DNA from: Fibrobacter succinogenes subsp. succinogenes S85
Lineage (GTDB): Bacteria; Fibrobacterota; Fibrobacteria; Fibrobacterales; Fibrobacteraceae
Reading direction: 5' to 3'
NCBI RefSeq assembly: GCF_000146505.1
Contig: NC_017448.1
Location: forward strand, 2,940,001-2,972,000
DNA length: 32,000 nucleotides
A program made the translations under genes and the position numbers. Below are positions 7,360-15,014 of the stretch, in pieces; within the stretch, counting starts at the first letter, position 1, and the number at the start of each line of letters is the position of its first letter. Below the pieces are notes generated by a model. It searched no databases and had not been told where the DNA came from. It saw only the letters and a program-made list of their open reading frames with translations.

Positions 7360-8979
7360 ATGACAAAAGCAAAACTCATCAAACTCATTATTGCATCGGT
7401 GCTCGCCATCGCTGCCCTCTTCGTCCCGTACGAAGCCCTCGGCTTCGTTGGTGACCACGCGTTGAACCCTCTCGAAATTCGCGTCATCGCAATCTTTGTG
7501 ATGGCTGCCCTTTTCTGGATTCTCCAACCGTTCCCGATCTGGTCCACCTCCATGTTCGTTATCGTGTTGATGATCCTTACGCTTTCGAACTCGGCTCTTA
7601 TCCCGTTCCGCGTGGAAGGTGTTGAACCGCTCAAGTTCAAGGACATCATGGCAACATTTGCCAACCCGATCATCATGCTCTTCTTGGGTGGCTTCTTCCT
7701 TGCTTCTGCCGCTTGCAAGTACAACATGGACAAGAACCTTGCTCGCGTGCTCCTCAAGCCGTTTGGTAAGGATCCGAAGTGGGTGCTCCTTGGCCTCATG
7801 ATTATTACTGCAGTGTTCTCCATGTTCATGAGCAACACCGCTACTGCTGCTATGATGCTCGCCATCCTCGGCCCGGTGCTCAAGCTCTTTGATGAAAATG
7901 ACCGCGGTAAAGCTGCTTTTGCTCTCGCCATCCCGCTCGGTGCTAACATCGGTGGTATGGGTACACCGATCGGTACGCCTCCTAACGCCATCGCTCTTGG
8001 TGCTCTCCAGTCCAGCGGCTTCAACATCTCCTTTGGCCAGTGGATGGAATTCGGTGTTCCGTATGTGATTGTTATGATGATTCTTGCTTGGTTCTTGCTC
8101 CTCAAGCTCTATCCGATCAAGATGAAGGAAATGAACCTCGATATCGAAGGTGCCGAAGGTTTTGACAAGAGCCCGCGCGCTATTATCGTTTACATTACCT
8201 TTGCTGTGTGCGTGATTTTGTGGGTGACGGGTAGCAAGGTTCACGGTCTTAACGACAACGTGATTGCTATGATTCCGATGGCTGTGTTTGCTTTGACGGG
8301 CGTGATTAATAAGAAGGACCTCAACGAAATGAGCTGGGACGTTCTCTGGCTCGTGGCTGGTGGCTTTGCTCTCGGTCTCGGTTTGCAGCAGACCGGTCTT
8401 GCCAAGGACCTCATCAACGCTATTCCGTTCAACACCTGGTCTCCGGTCGTCCTCATGGTCGGTTGCGGCTTCATCTGCCTCTTCATGGCAAACTTCATGA
8501 GCCACACCTCTACCGCAAGCTTGCTCGTCCCGATCTTCATCGTCGTGGCTGTGAGCTGCAAGGAAAACCTCGCTCCGCTCGGTGGCGTGACCTCCTTGAT
8601 GGTCGCTGTCGCTTTCGCAAGCTCTCTCGGTATGTGCCTCCCGATTTCTACGCCGCCTAACGCACTTGCCCATGCAACGGGTTACACGGATACACGTGGC
8701 ATGGCTATCACGGGTATCGTGATGGGTATTGGTGGTCTCGTTCTCTCCTGGATCATGATGTTCGGCCTTTCCAAGGTGAACTTCTTCGAAGATCCGGCTG
8801 AAGCTACTGCTCCGGCTGCCGCTGTTGCCGCCCCGGCACCTGCCGCACCTGTTTATGCAAAGCCTGCCGAAGTTGCTGCTCCGGCTGAAACGATCGCTGA
8901 ACCGGCTGCTGATAGCGCTGCTGTTGCCATTCCGGCTGACTCTGCCGCTAAGGTTGTGGTTGATTCTACCGCTAAGTAA
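7360..8979 (+). CDS. DASS/SLC13-family anion:cation symporter with Ala/Pro-rich C-terminal tail
   Basis: 539 aa, polytopic. Duplicated hairpin-tip motifs of the DASS fold: FMSNTATAAMM + GTPIGTPPNAIA and FMSHTSTASLL + ISTPPNALA. The last ~63 aa are a PAEATAPAAAVAAPAPAAP..-type low-complexity tail. Confidence 0.9.
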   Translation: MTKAKLIKLIIASVLAIAALFVPYEALGFVGDHALNPLEIRVIAIFVMAALFWILQPFPIWSTSMFVIVLMILTLSNSALIPFRVEGVEPLKFKDIMATFANPIIMLFLGGFFLASAACKYNMDKNLARVLLKPFGKDPKWVLLGLMIITAVFSMFMSNTATAAMMLAILGPVLKLFDENDRGKAAFALAIPLGANIGGMGTPIGTPPNAIALGALQSSGFNISFGQWMEFGVPYVIVMMILAWFLLLKLYPIKMKEMNLDIEGAEGFDKSPRAIIVYITFAVCVILWVTGSKVHGLNDNVIAMIPMAVFALTGVINKKDLNEMSWDVLWLVAGGFALGLGLQQTGLAKDLINAIPFNTWSPVVLMVGCGFICLFMANFMSHTSTASLLVPIFIVVAVSCKENLAPLGGVTSLMVAVAFASSLGMCLPISTPPNALAHATGYTDTRGMAITGIVMGIGGLVLSWIMMFGLSKVNFFEDPAEATAPAAAVAAPAPAAPVYAKPAEVAAPAETIAEPAADSAAVAIPADSAAKVVVDSTAK

Positions 8980-8986
8980 TTGAAAA

Positions 8987-9033
8987 TGTCACCCCGTCTT
9001 GTCATCCCGGATTTATTCCGGGACGGGGGCGCC
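8987..9033. repeat. REP-like palindromic intergenic repeat
   Basis: tgtcaccccgtcttgtcatcccggatttattccgggacgggggcgcc. Nested stems ccccgtc/gacgggg and tcccgga/tccggga. Same family as 161-207. Confidence 0.7.
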
Positions 9034-9046
9034 ATCTACGAAAATC

Positions 9047-9072
9047 GCTCGGGATTATCCCGGGCTTTTTTT
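9047..9072 (+). terminator. Intrinsic terminator after the DASS transporter gene
   Basis: gctcggga-tta-tcccgggc (8 bp including one G-U pair) followed by T7. Confidence 0.6.
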
Positions 9073-9254
9073 GTATTCACTTCATCTGTTTGTAAAAAGT
9101 CGTTCACAAATATCGGTGGTTTGAATAACAGATTATCTTTCTAAGTTGTTTGTATAATCCTAAAGGGTGGGGCTAAATAGCCCAAATGGGTTATTGCATT
9201 GTAACGCTTTTGTAAGTAAATTATTGAACAACCTAAACAAAAGGAAAGATAAAA

Positions 9255-10298
9255 ATGGCTACAAAATTGAAAAAAGCTGGAAAAATTTCTGTAAATGACT
9301 TGCTCCCAGGCGATATCTTGGCGTTTAAGGGAGATCCTAATGATGATATCAGTAAACTTATCATGAAATTTACGGGTTCCGATGTGTCGCATGGCGCAAT
9401 CTTTGTTCAGAATCTGGATAACGTCCTTGCTGAAGCCGGTGGCGATGGCATCCATGCTCGTCGAATGAAAGACAATACAGATTCTCGTGAAGCTTATGTG
9501 ATGCGCCATAACAAGGCGGGTAAAAATGGTGTTGAACCCGTTGTGCCGATTGCCAAGGATTATGTGCTTCAGGATCTTCCGTATCCGTATTCCGACTTGA
9601 TTCTTTTGGGCTTGATTCTTATTTTCAAGCATCAGGTGACAAATCAGCTTCTCTCTCGCGTTGTTGTAGAATTCTTGTGCTTGGTAGCCGCAGAACTTAA
9701 GACGATTATTGAAAAGGAAAAAACGCCTGGCAAGCATACGATGGTGTGCTCTTCTTATGTTTACCAGTGCTATCTGGATGCTTCCAAGAAAAATCCGGCA
9801 CTCAAGCTCAAACTCAAGGATGCTGACGTTGGCTTTAAGGACCATCCTCTTATCGGCCGCAAGTCAAAGTCTAAGTCGGTCACGCTTTTCGATATGTATG
9901 CCAATTACGTCGAAACGCATGAAGAAGAATGCAAGAAGAACTTCAAGCTTAGAAAGTCCGTGGCTCCGAAGAAGCTCCGTTCTAAAGAAGAAATCTTGGC
10001 CGATTTGAAGAAGATTCTTTTGTCTAAAATCTCCGACAAGATTCCGACAATGACTCCAGAACAATTTTCCACGGTTATCGACATCATTGAAGCCATTAAG
10101 GATGTTATCTCTGCCTTGGCAACGTTCTTTAAGGGCGACCGTGTTTCGTTCTCCGAAATGATGAAGATTGCAAGAGAACAACAGTCCATGTTTATAACGC
10201 CGAATGATTTGGTCAATAACGTAACAAATGCTAAATGCGTTGGTATGCTGAAGGCTGAACGCTACGGCGCTGACTACGACGACAACTGGAAGAAGTAA
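9255..10298 (+). CDS. Permuted papain-fold (NlpC/P60 superfamily, YiiX/YaeF peptidase C92-like) protein with hydrophobic insertion and Lys-rich C-terminal extension
   Basis: 347 aa. AAGGAAAG SD. His-before-Cys order typical of the C92/YiiX family: PGDILAF..ISKLIMKFTGSDVSHGAIFV..VLEAGGDGI...YVMR, then ..TMVCSSYVYQCY. A ~40-aa hydrophobic segment (LILLGLILIFKHQVTNQLLSRVVVEFLCLVAAEL) lies between them. The ~150-aa K/E-rich tail was not recognised. Hand-counted GC is about 42-43%, versus about 50-57% in neighbouring genes. Confidence 0.7.
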   Translation: MATKLKKAGKISVNDLLPGDILAFKGDPNDDISKLIMKFTGSDVSHGAIFVQNLDNVLAEAGGDGIHARRMKDNTDSREAYVMRHNKAGKNGVEPVVPIAKDYVLQDLPYPYSDLILLGLILIFKHQVTNQLLSRVVVEFLCLVAAELKTIIEKEKTPGKHTMVCSSYVYQCYLDASKKNPALKLKLKDADVGFKDHPLIGRKSKSKSVTLFDMYANYVETHEEECKKNFKLRKSVAPKKLRSKEEILADLKKILLSKISDKIPTMTPEQFSTVIDIIEAIKDVISALATFFKGDRVSFSEMMKIAREQQSMFITPNDLVNNVTNAKCVGMLKAERYGADYDDNWKK

Positions 10299-10304
10299 GA
10301 TTCT

Positions 10305-10332
10305 AGCCCGCTTTGGCGGGCTTTCTCTTTTC
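10305..10332 (+). terminator. Intrinsic terminator of CDS 9255..10298
   Basis: agcccgc-tttg-gcgggct stem-loop followed by ttctcttttc, 7 nt after the stop codon. Confidence 0.6.
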
Positions 10333-10350
10333 AATAAAATCTATGCAATA

Positions 10351-10382
10351 AAAAAATCCTCGCTTTTCAGCGAGGATTTTTC
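10351..10382 (-). terminator. Intrinsic terminator directly downstream of tRNA-Val (hairpin is symmetric, may act in both directions)
   Basis: aatcctcgc-ttttca-gcgaggatt (9-bp stem) flanked by A6 and T4. It starts 3 nt beyond the tRNA 3' end on the minus strand. Confidence 0.55.
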
Positions 10383-10384
10383 AG

Positions 10385-10458
<74 letters not shown>

Positions 10459-10472
10459 ATTAAGGTAGCCCA

Positions 10473-10501
10473 ATATTAGAAAAAGATTGAGCGCTTGTCA
10501 A
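10473..10501 (-). promoter_or_regulatory. Sigma70-type promoter of tRNA-Val
   Basis: The minus strand reads TTGACA (10501-10496), a 17-nt spacer, then TAATAT (10478-10473). The -10 box ends 14 nt upstream of the mature tRNA 5' end. Confidence 0.6.
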
Positions 10502-10557
10502 GGGTAGTGGGCGATAAATTTCAAAAAAAATTAAATCGCTTGCGTGGCATGTGCTTT

Positions 10558-11118
10558 TTACTGGTCGTCTTCGGCAATCCAGTAGTGCATTCTGCCTTTC
10601 AGGAGAATTGGGGAAATGTCTGTGTAGCACTGTCCTTGTCGGCAGTCCTCAAAATGCAAGTTGACGGTCGCTGTCCACTTGGCTTTATCTTTCTGGTCTA
10701 TGCTGACGTAGTTGCTGTCGCCAGTGAGGCGCGCTCTGGGAGTGCCTTCGACCTGAATCCAAGTGTAGTCTTTTACGACGTTGTTTTCGCCGAGTTTGGG
10801 CTCGTTCACCATGATTTGCAGCTGGTCATGGCGCTCGCTGCTCCCCATGGGAATCTTGATGAGCAGGTAATGGTGCTGGTTTCGGACATAAGGGATTTCA
10901 ACATCGTCTCTGCCGAGTTCCTGCGTAATTTCGTTCTGCCCGTTGATGCTGTACTTGAGGAATCCGCCGCCTTTGACTTCCCAGCTGTCGTTGATGCCGC
11001 TACAGGCGGTAAGGCTTGCGGCAATCCCTGCAATCCCGACGAATTTGGCTGCGAGTCGTGCCTGCCTTGTGAGGCTTGCAATCTTTGCGGAATAACGTGT
11101 CAAAAAGGCGAACTTCAT
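10558..11118 (-). CDS. Lipoprotein, function unknown
   Basis: 186 aa. Basic n-region, hydrophobic core and lipobox ..AASLTA-C39-SG. The opposite-strand ORF 10495..11232 has no such features. Confidence 0.7.
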   Translation of the reverse strand: MKFAFLTRYSAKIASLTRQARLAAKFVGIAGIAASLTACSGINDSWEVKGGGFLKYSINGQNEITQELGRDDVEIPYVRNQHHYLLIKIPMGSSERHDQLQIMVNEPKLGENNVVKDYTWIQVEGTPRARLTGDSNYVSIDQKDKAKWTATVNLHFEDCRQGQCYTDISPILLKGRMHYWIAEDDQ

Positions 11119-11124
11119 GTTCTT

Positions 11125-11130
11125 AAAATA
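11125..11130 (-). promoter_or_regulatory. Candidate -10 hexamer (TATTTT) 6 nt upstream of the lipoprotein ATG (leaderless geometry)
   Basis: The minus strand reads tatttt-aagaac-ATG. There is no SD. The hexamer lies directly after the terminator T-tract. Confidence 0.25.
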
Positions 11131-11131
11131 G

Positions 11132-11159
11132 AAAAAACGCCGGGCTTTGATACCCAGCG
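11132..11159 (-). terminator. Intrinsic terminator of CDS 11269..11724
   Basis: Minus-strand RNA: CGCUGGG-uaucaaag-CCCGGCG (7 bp including one G-U pair) followed by U6. On the plus strand the same position is a C-A mismatch, so the hairpin is strand-specific. Confidence 0.55.
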
Positions 11160-11170
11160 CATTTTAGAAG

Positions 11171-11205
11171 TAATACTAACCACTTCTTACTGTCTACTGC
11201 CTACT
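11171..11205 (-). repeat. Heptanucleotide tandem array (5 x 7 nt; minus-strand AGTAnnn) giving stop codons in all three frames
   Basis: Plus strand: taatACT aaccACT tctTACT gtcTACT gccTACT. Minus strand: cAGTAGg cAGTAGa cAGTAAg aAGTggt tAGTAtt, with TAG/TAG/TAA spaced 7 nt apart. It lies in the 3' UTR of CDS 11269..11724. Confidence 0.7.
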
Positions 11206-11268
11206 GCGGCTATACGAAACTTAGAACTTTAGTTCTGTAGTTGAGTTATGCCCTTTGGGTAGAAGACG

Positions 11269-11724
11269 CTAAGCTCGACCGTCAACGCCGTCAGTCTGCG
11301 GCGGTTGCTGATTCTGCTGTGCCAAGCGCGGGTCTTCGAGTACGTAAAGCGGGAGTGCTGCAAGTTCTTCGTTGTCTGCAACGAGGCGCACAATGTACTT
11401 GTCCGGGCGCACGAACTGCAAACGCTGCATGTTCAAAATCATGTTGACAGCGGCAGTATCAAAGCCCTGTGCAACCGGCTGGAGTTCAATTTCAGACTGC
11501 ATCGGCGGAACAATCGGGTGTCCAACAACGTCTTCGATAGAAAGGCTCAACTGGTGCGTGCCTGCTTCGGCGCGCTGGTAGCGTAAACGGAATGCTGCGG
11601 AACACTGCGGAATCACAAGTGGAAACTTTGCGAAAATGCGGTCAAAAGCACCAAGGATGTTCATGCGGCCGCCCACATCGTTAGCGGTGGCGGCGTCACA
11701 GATTGCGGCAATTTCAATATTCAT
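11269..11724 (-). CDS. Hypothetical cytoplasmic protein (151 aa), family not recognised
   Basis: GGAGA SD 7 nt upstream of the ATG. Ordinary globular composition with a Gln/Pro-rich C-terminal tail. It has its own terminator and is divergent from the prepilin peptidase gene. Confidence 0.7.
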   Translation of the reverse strand: MNIEIAAICDAATANDVGGRMNILGAFDRIFAKFPLVIPQCSAAFRLRYQRAEAGTHQLSLSIEDVVGHPIVPPMQSEIELQPVAQGFDTAAVNMILNMQRLQFVRPDKYIVRLVADNEELAALPLYVLEDPRLAQQNQQPPQTDGVDGRA

Positions 11725-11795
11725 TATGGGGTCTCCAAGTATTTGATAAATGTTTAACTAAATTATAATTATATTCCGAAAAAGACGAGGATTTT

Positions 11796-12647
11796 ATGCA
11801 AGAAATTCCACTTTGGTACTGGTTAATCGTATTTTTTGGCCTCGGCGCCTGCGTCGGGAGTTTCTATAACGTCATTGTTTACCGTATGCCGCGCGGAATT
11901 TCCTTGATTAATCCGCCTTCGCACTGCCCGCTTTGCAAAAAGAGGATCCCTATTCGCTACAATTTGCCTATTGTGGGGTGGCTTTGGCTGCGTGGCAAGA
12001 GTGCTTGCTGCAAACAGCCTATTAGCGTGATTTACCCGATTGGCGAGAGCCTTTGCGGTTTGCTTGGCGCACTTGCGCTTTATGCGGCTGCGGGCTTCGG
12101 GACGGATTTTTCTCGACCGGTCTTGTCGCCTGAGGTTTGGGCGGATGCTGCTGCGATGTTCTGGCTTTTGCTTGGCGCTTACCCCGTTTGTGCCGTTGAT
12201 TGCAAGTACAAGCTGATTCCCGATTCTATCTCGGTTGGCGGGATTGTTGCTGGTCTTTTGATTTCACTCGTGCCGGGTGGCGTGACGCCTCTCCAGAGCT
12301 TGATTGGTGCCGTTGTTGCGGGCGGCGGGCTTTATCTGCTCGGCTGGATTGCCACTAAGGTGCTCAAGAAAGACGCAATGGGTTTTGGCGATGTCAAGCT
12401 CTTGGCGGGCTATGGAGCGCTTATGGATGTGACTGGCGCTGTAGAAACTCTCTTGGTTGCAGCCCTGCTTGGCATTGTGGTGATGGTTCCGTACGGGATG
12501 CTTGCCGCAAAAAAAGCGGCCAAAAACAAGAATAGCGAGGAAGCCGGGCAAATTCCTTTCGGACCGTTCCTCGCCATTGCAGCCCCAGTTATTTACCTCT
12601 GGGGCTCAGCACTCTTGGACGCTTATTTTAAGTACGTTTTAAATTAA
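11796..12647 (+). CDS. pilD: Type IV prepilin leader peptidase / N-methyltransferase (peptidase A24)
   Basis: 283 aa. N-terminal Cys pairs CPLCKKRIPIRYNLPIVGWLWLRGKSACC (DiS-P-DiS type). Catalytic Asp contexts KLIPDS and GFGDVKL. C-terminal PFGPFLA. Polytopic. GAGGA SD. Confidence 0.9.
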   Translation: MQEIPLWYWLIVFFGLGACVGSFYNVIVYRMPRGISLINPPSHCPLCKKRIPIRYNLPIVGWLWLRGKSACCKQPISVIYPIGESLCGLLGALALYAAAGFGTDFSRPVLSPEVWADAAAMFWLLLGAYPVCAVDCKYKLIPDSISVGGIVAGLLISLVPGGVTPLQSLIGAVVAGGGLYLLGWIATKVLKKDAMGFGDVKLLAGYGALMDVTGAVETLLVAALLGIVVMVPYGMLAAKKAAKNKNSEEAGQIPFGPFLAIAAPVIYLWGSALLDAYFKYVLN

Positions 12648-12650
12648 TCA

Positions 12651-13949
12651 CTATTTTTTCTTTTTTCCGGGTCTCTGCGGCATGAAGGGGCTTTTGGCGT
12701 TTGGTTCGCTTGAACCCTTTGCTGAAACCGTTTCTTGACTTGTGACCACGGAATCGCCGACGCTCAGACCCTTGAGAATCTGGACGTTCACGCCATCGCT
12801 AAGACCTATCTTCACGCGACGCGGAGCGGCCTTGCCGTTGATGTTAATCCACACGTGGTCGCCTTCAAGCTTGGGCTTCTTGTGCTTTTTCTTGGCGCCT
12901 GTGCTTGGAGCACCGCCCGGTCCCATGCCAGGAGGCGGGGGCGGGAAGTTGTCGCCAGCTTCGGCAGTCTTCGGACGTTCTGGGCGTGGCATATCCTTCG
13001 GATCCATCATCGGAGTTCCAGCGGCAGGCGTAAACTTGAGCGCCTTGACCGGAATCGTAATAGCGTCCGTAATTTCTTGAGTGACAATCGTGCAGGTGGC
13101 GGTCATGCCCGGCAAGAGCTTCTGTTCCGGGTTCTCGGCGGTAATCACGACGGTGTAAGTTACCACGTTGCTTGTGGTCGTCGGGTTTAGGCGGACTTCT
13201 TGCACGGTGCCGTGGAATGTATCGTTCTGGAATGCGTCAACAGTAAACGTCACTCGCTGACCTTGTTTAACTTGTCCGATGTCTGCTTCGTCTACATCGG
13301 CCATGACTTTCATCTGGCTCAAATCTTTTGCAATCACGAACAACGTCGGCGTGCTCATGGAGGCTGCAACGGTCTGACCGACATCCACTGCGCGTTTCAG
13401 CACAACGCCGTCAATCGGGCTCTTGATGGTCGCGTAGCTCAAGTTCAATCGAGCCTGGGCGACTTCGTTCTTGCGCTGTTCCAAAGAGAGCTTGGCTGCA
13501 TTTAAGTTGTATTCAGCCTGCTCCAGTTCGACTGCACTTGCGCTCTTGCTTGCGGCGAGCTTCTTGATGCGGTCGTACGTGCTTTGTTTGTAATTCAGGT
13601 CGTTTTCGGCACTCTTGTAAGAGATGGTCGCCTGCTTCAAGGTCGACTGTAACTTAGACTTGTCGAGTTCGGCAATGACTTGTCCCTTCTTGACCTTGGA
13701 ATTGAAATCAACGTTGATCTTGGCGATGTCGCCAGAAACCTGCGTACCGACTTCCACCTGGTCCACCGGCTCTAACGAACCCGTTGCCGAGATTGTAGTC
13801 TTGATGGTATCCGTGACGACCTTGGAGCTGATGAGGGCGCCAACCTGGCTTGTGGTGTTCCCGTCAAAGAATATAGACTTGACGCCGAGGGCAACCCCTG
13901 CCAAAACGGCGATGACGATGATGATTTTCAAGAGTTTTTTCATAAGCAT
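12651..13949 (-). CDS. HlyD/MacA-type periplasmic adaptor (membrane fusion protein)
   Basis: 432 aa. N-terminal anchor KIIIVIAVLAGVALGV. Lipoyl-like halves (GQVIAELD .. SPIDGVVL). Long coiled-coil hairpin. Beta-barrel segment (GQRVTFTVDAF..FHGTVQEVRLNPTT..VVTYTVVI, LLPGMTA). Pro/Gly/Lys-rich insertion (NFPPPPPGMGPGGAPSTGAKKKHKKPK) and a basic tail. Confidence 0.9.
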   Translation of the reverse strand: MLMKKLLKIIIVIAVLAGVALGVKSIFFDGNTTSQVGALISSKVVTDTIKTTISATGSLEPVDQVEVGTQVSGDIAKINVDFNSKVKKGQVIAELDKSKLQSTLKQATISYKSAENDLNYKQSTYDRIKKLAASKSASAVELEQAEYNLNAAKLSLEQRKNEVAQARLNLSYATIKSPIDGVVLKRAVDVGQTVAASMSTPTLFVIAKDLSQMKVMADVDEADIGQVKQGQRVTFTVDAFQNDTFHGTVQEVRLNPTTTSNVVTYTVVITAENPEQKLLPGMTATCTIVTQEITDAITIPVKALKFTPAAGTPMMDPKDMPRPERPKTAEAGDNFPPPPPGMGPGGAPSTGAKKKHKKPKLEGDHVWININGKAAPRRVKIGLSDGVNVQILKGLSVGDSVVTSQETVSAKGSSEPNAKSPFMPQRPGKKKK

Positions 13950-14036
13950 TAGAAAAATAGTAACATTGTTTTTTTATTACATCTATTTTGATGATTTGGG
14001 AGCACGTAAGGTTGCAAATTTTCTAGCTTAAAGGTC

Positions 14037-14966
14037 ATGACTCGTGTACGCAAAAAAGACGATAGTTCAGAAGTCCGCAAAGTGACTTGGGTGGGGCTAG
14101 GCTGGAACGCCGCGCTTTCTGTTGCCAAGTTTGTTGTTGGCGTGGTGGGGAACTCCCAGGCGCTCGTTGCGGATGCTATCCACAGTGCGTCTGATTTTGT
14201 GACTGATGTCGCCGTGATTGTCGGCAGTCATTTTTGGAACTCGCCACCGGATGCCGAGCACCCTTACGGACACCGCCGATTTGAAACGCTTATTACGATT
14301 GGCATTGGCCTTGCCGTTGCTGCCGTGGGTATTGGCATTGGGTATAAGGCGGTCCTTGCGCTTTTGGCGGGTGAGGCATCGCACCCGGAAACGTCCGTTG
14401 CCGTGATGGCGCTTGCCTCCATTATCGTAAAGGAAATTCTATTCCGCTATACGCGAAATGCGGGGCGAAAAATCCGCAGTCAGGTGCTCGAAGCGAACGC
14501 TTGGCACCACCGTAGCGACTCTTTTAGCTCAATTCCTGTGCTTGTGGCGGTCGTTTTTGCCATTTTGCTCCCGCAGCTTTGGTTTGCGGATTCTGTCGGT
14601 GCGCTTGTCGTTGCGTTTTTCGTGATTCATTCAGCGATTGAAATTGCGGCTCCGGGGCTTAGGCAGCTTGTAGACCGTGGCGCAAACCCCGATGTCCTGG
14701 GCAAGTTACGGAGTGTGGCGCTTTCGCACCCGAAGGTCATCAGTTTGCATGGGCTCCGTTCCCGCTACGTCGGGAGTGACCTGCATGTGGACGTGCATAT
14801 CGTGGTCGATGACCAGATGACGCTGAAAGATGCTCATGATGTTGCCGAAGAGGTCGAACAGTTGCTCATCGATTCGAACGAAAACGTTGTCGATGCGCTC
14901 GTGCACATTGACCCCTACAACGCCAATCGCGCCGCCCAGGGCGAAATCAAGACTATAGAGAAATAG
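14037..14966 (+). CDS. Cation diffusion facilitator (CDF) family metal efflux transporter
   Basis: 309 aa. Six hydrophobic segments with HxxxD pairs (DAIHSASDFVTD in TM2; AWHHRSDSFSS in TM5). C-terminal cytoplasmic domain (..HGLRSRYVGSDLHVDVHIVVD..HDVAEEVE..VHIDP). Confidence 0.9.
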   Translation: MTRVRKKDDSSEVRKVTWVGLGWNAALSVAKFVVGVVGNSQALVADAIHSASDFVTDVAVIVGSHFWNSPPDAEHPYGHRRFETLITIGIGLAVAAVGIGIGYKAVLALLAGEASHPETSVAVMALASIIVKEILFRYTRNAGRKIRSQVLEANAWHHRSDSFSSIPVLVAVVFAILLPQLWFADSVGALVVAFFVIHSAIEIAAPGLRQLVDRGANPDVLGKLRSVALSHPKVISLHGLRSRYVGSDLHVDVHIVVDDQMTLKDAHDVAEEVEQLLIDSNENVVDALVHIDPYNANRAAQGEIKTIEK

Positions 14967-14986
14967 TTATTTAGTGCCTTCGGCAC

Positions 14987-15014
14987 AGTTACTAGTTAAT
15001 AGTTAGTAGTTACT
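14987..15014 (+). repeat. Heptanucleotide tandem array (4 x AGTTAnT, plus a degenerate 5th unit) with stops in all frames
   Basis: agttact agttaat agttagt agttact (agaagtt), containing tag, taa, tag, tag, tag. It lies 21 nt after the CDF stop, just beyond the small hairpin gtgcc-ttcg-ggcac (14974-14986). Confidence 0.7.

Noticed and set aside
7320-8673. Long minus-strand ORFs (445 aa and 261 aa) overlapping the DASS transporter gene
   Set aside because: His/Arg/Glu-rich, low-complexity translations with no motifs. They are antisense shadows of a strongly supported polytopic transporter ORF.
9113-9140. Possible degenerate att-like copy of the tRNA-Val 3' end (ggtggtttgaataacaga versus gtggtcgatacagaac) that would delimit an island containing the YiiX-like gene
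   Set aside because: Only about 12 of 15 positions match, and only with indels. No integrase is present. This is indistinguishable from chance by eye, so it is mentioned only as context in the YiiX finding.
10495-11232. 245-aa plus-strand ORF opposite the lipoprotein gene
   Set aside because: It runs through the tRNA promoter and a terminator. The minus-strand ORF has a lipobox signal peptide.
13950-14036. Metal-sensing (NiCo/czcD-type) riboswitch upstream of the CDF transporter
   Set aside because: The leader is only 87 bp, AT-rich and lacks any extended pairing.
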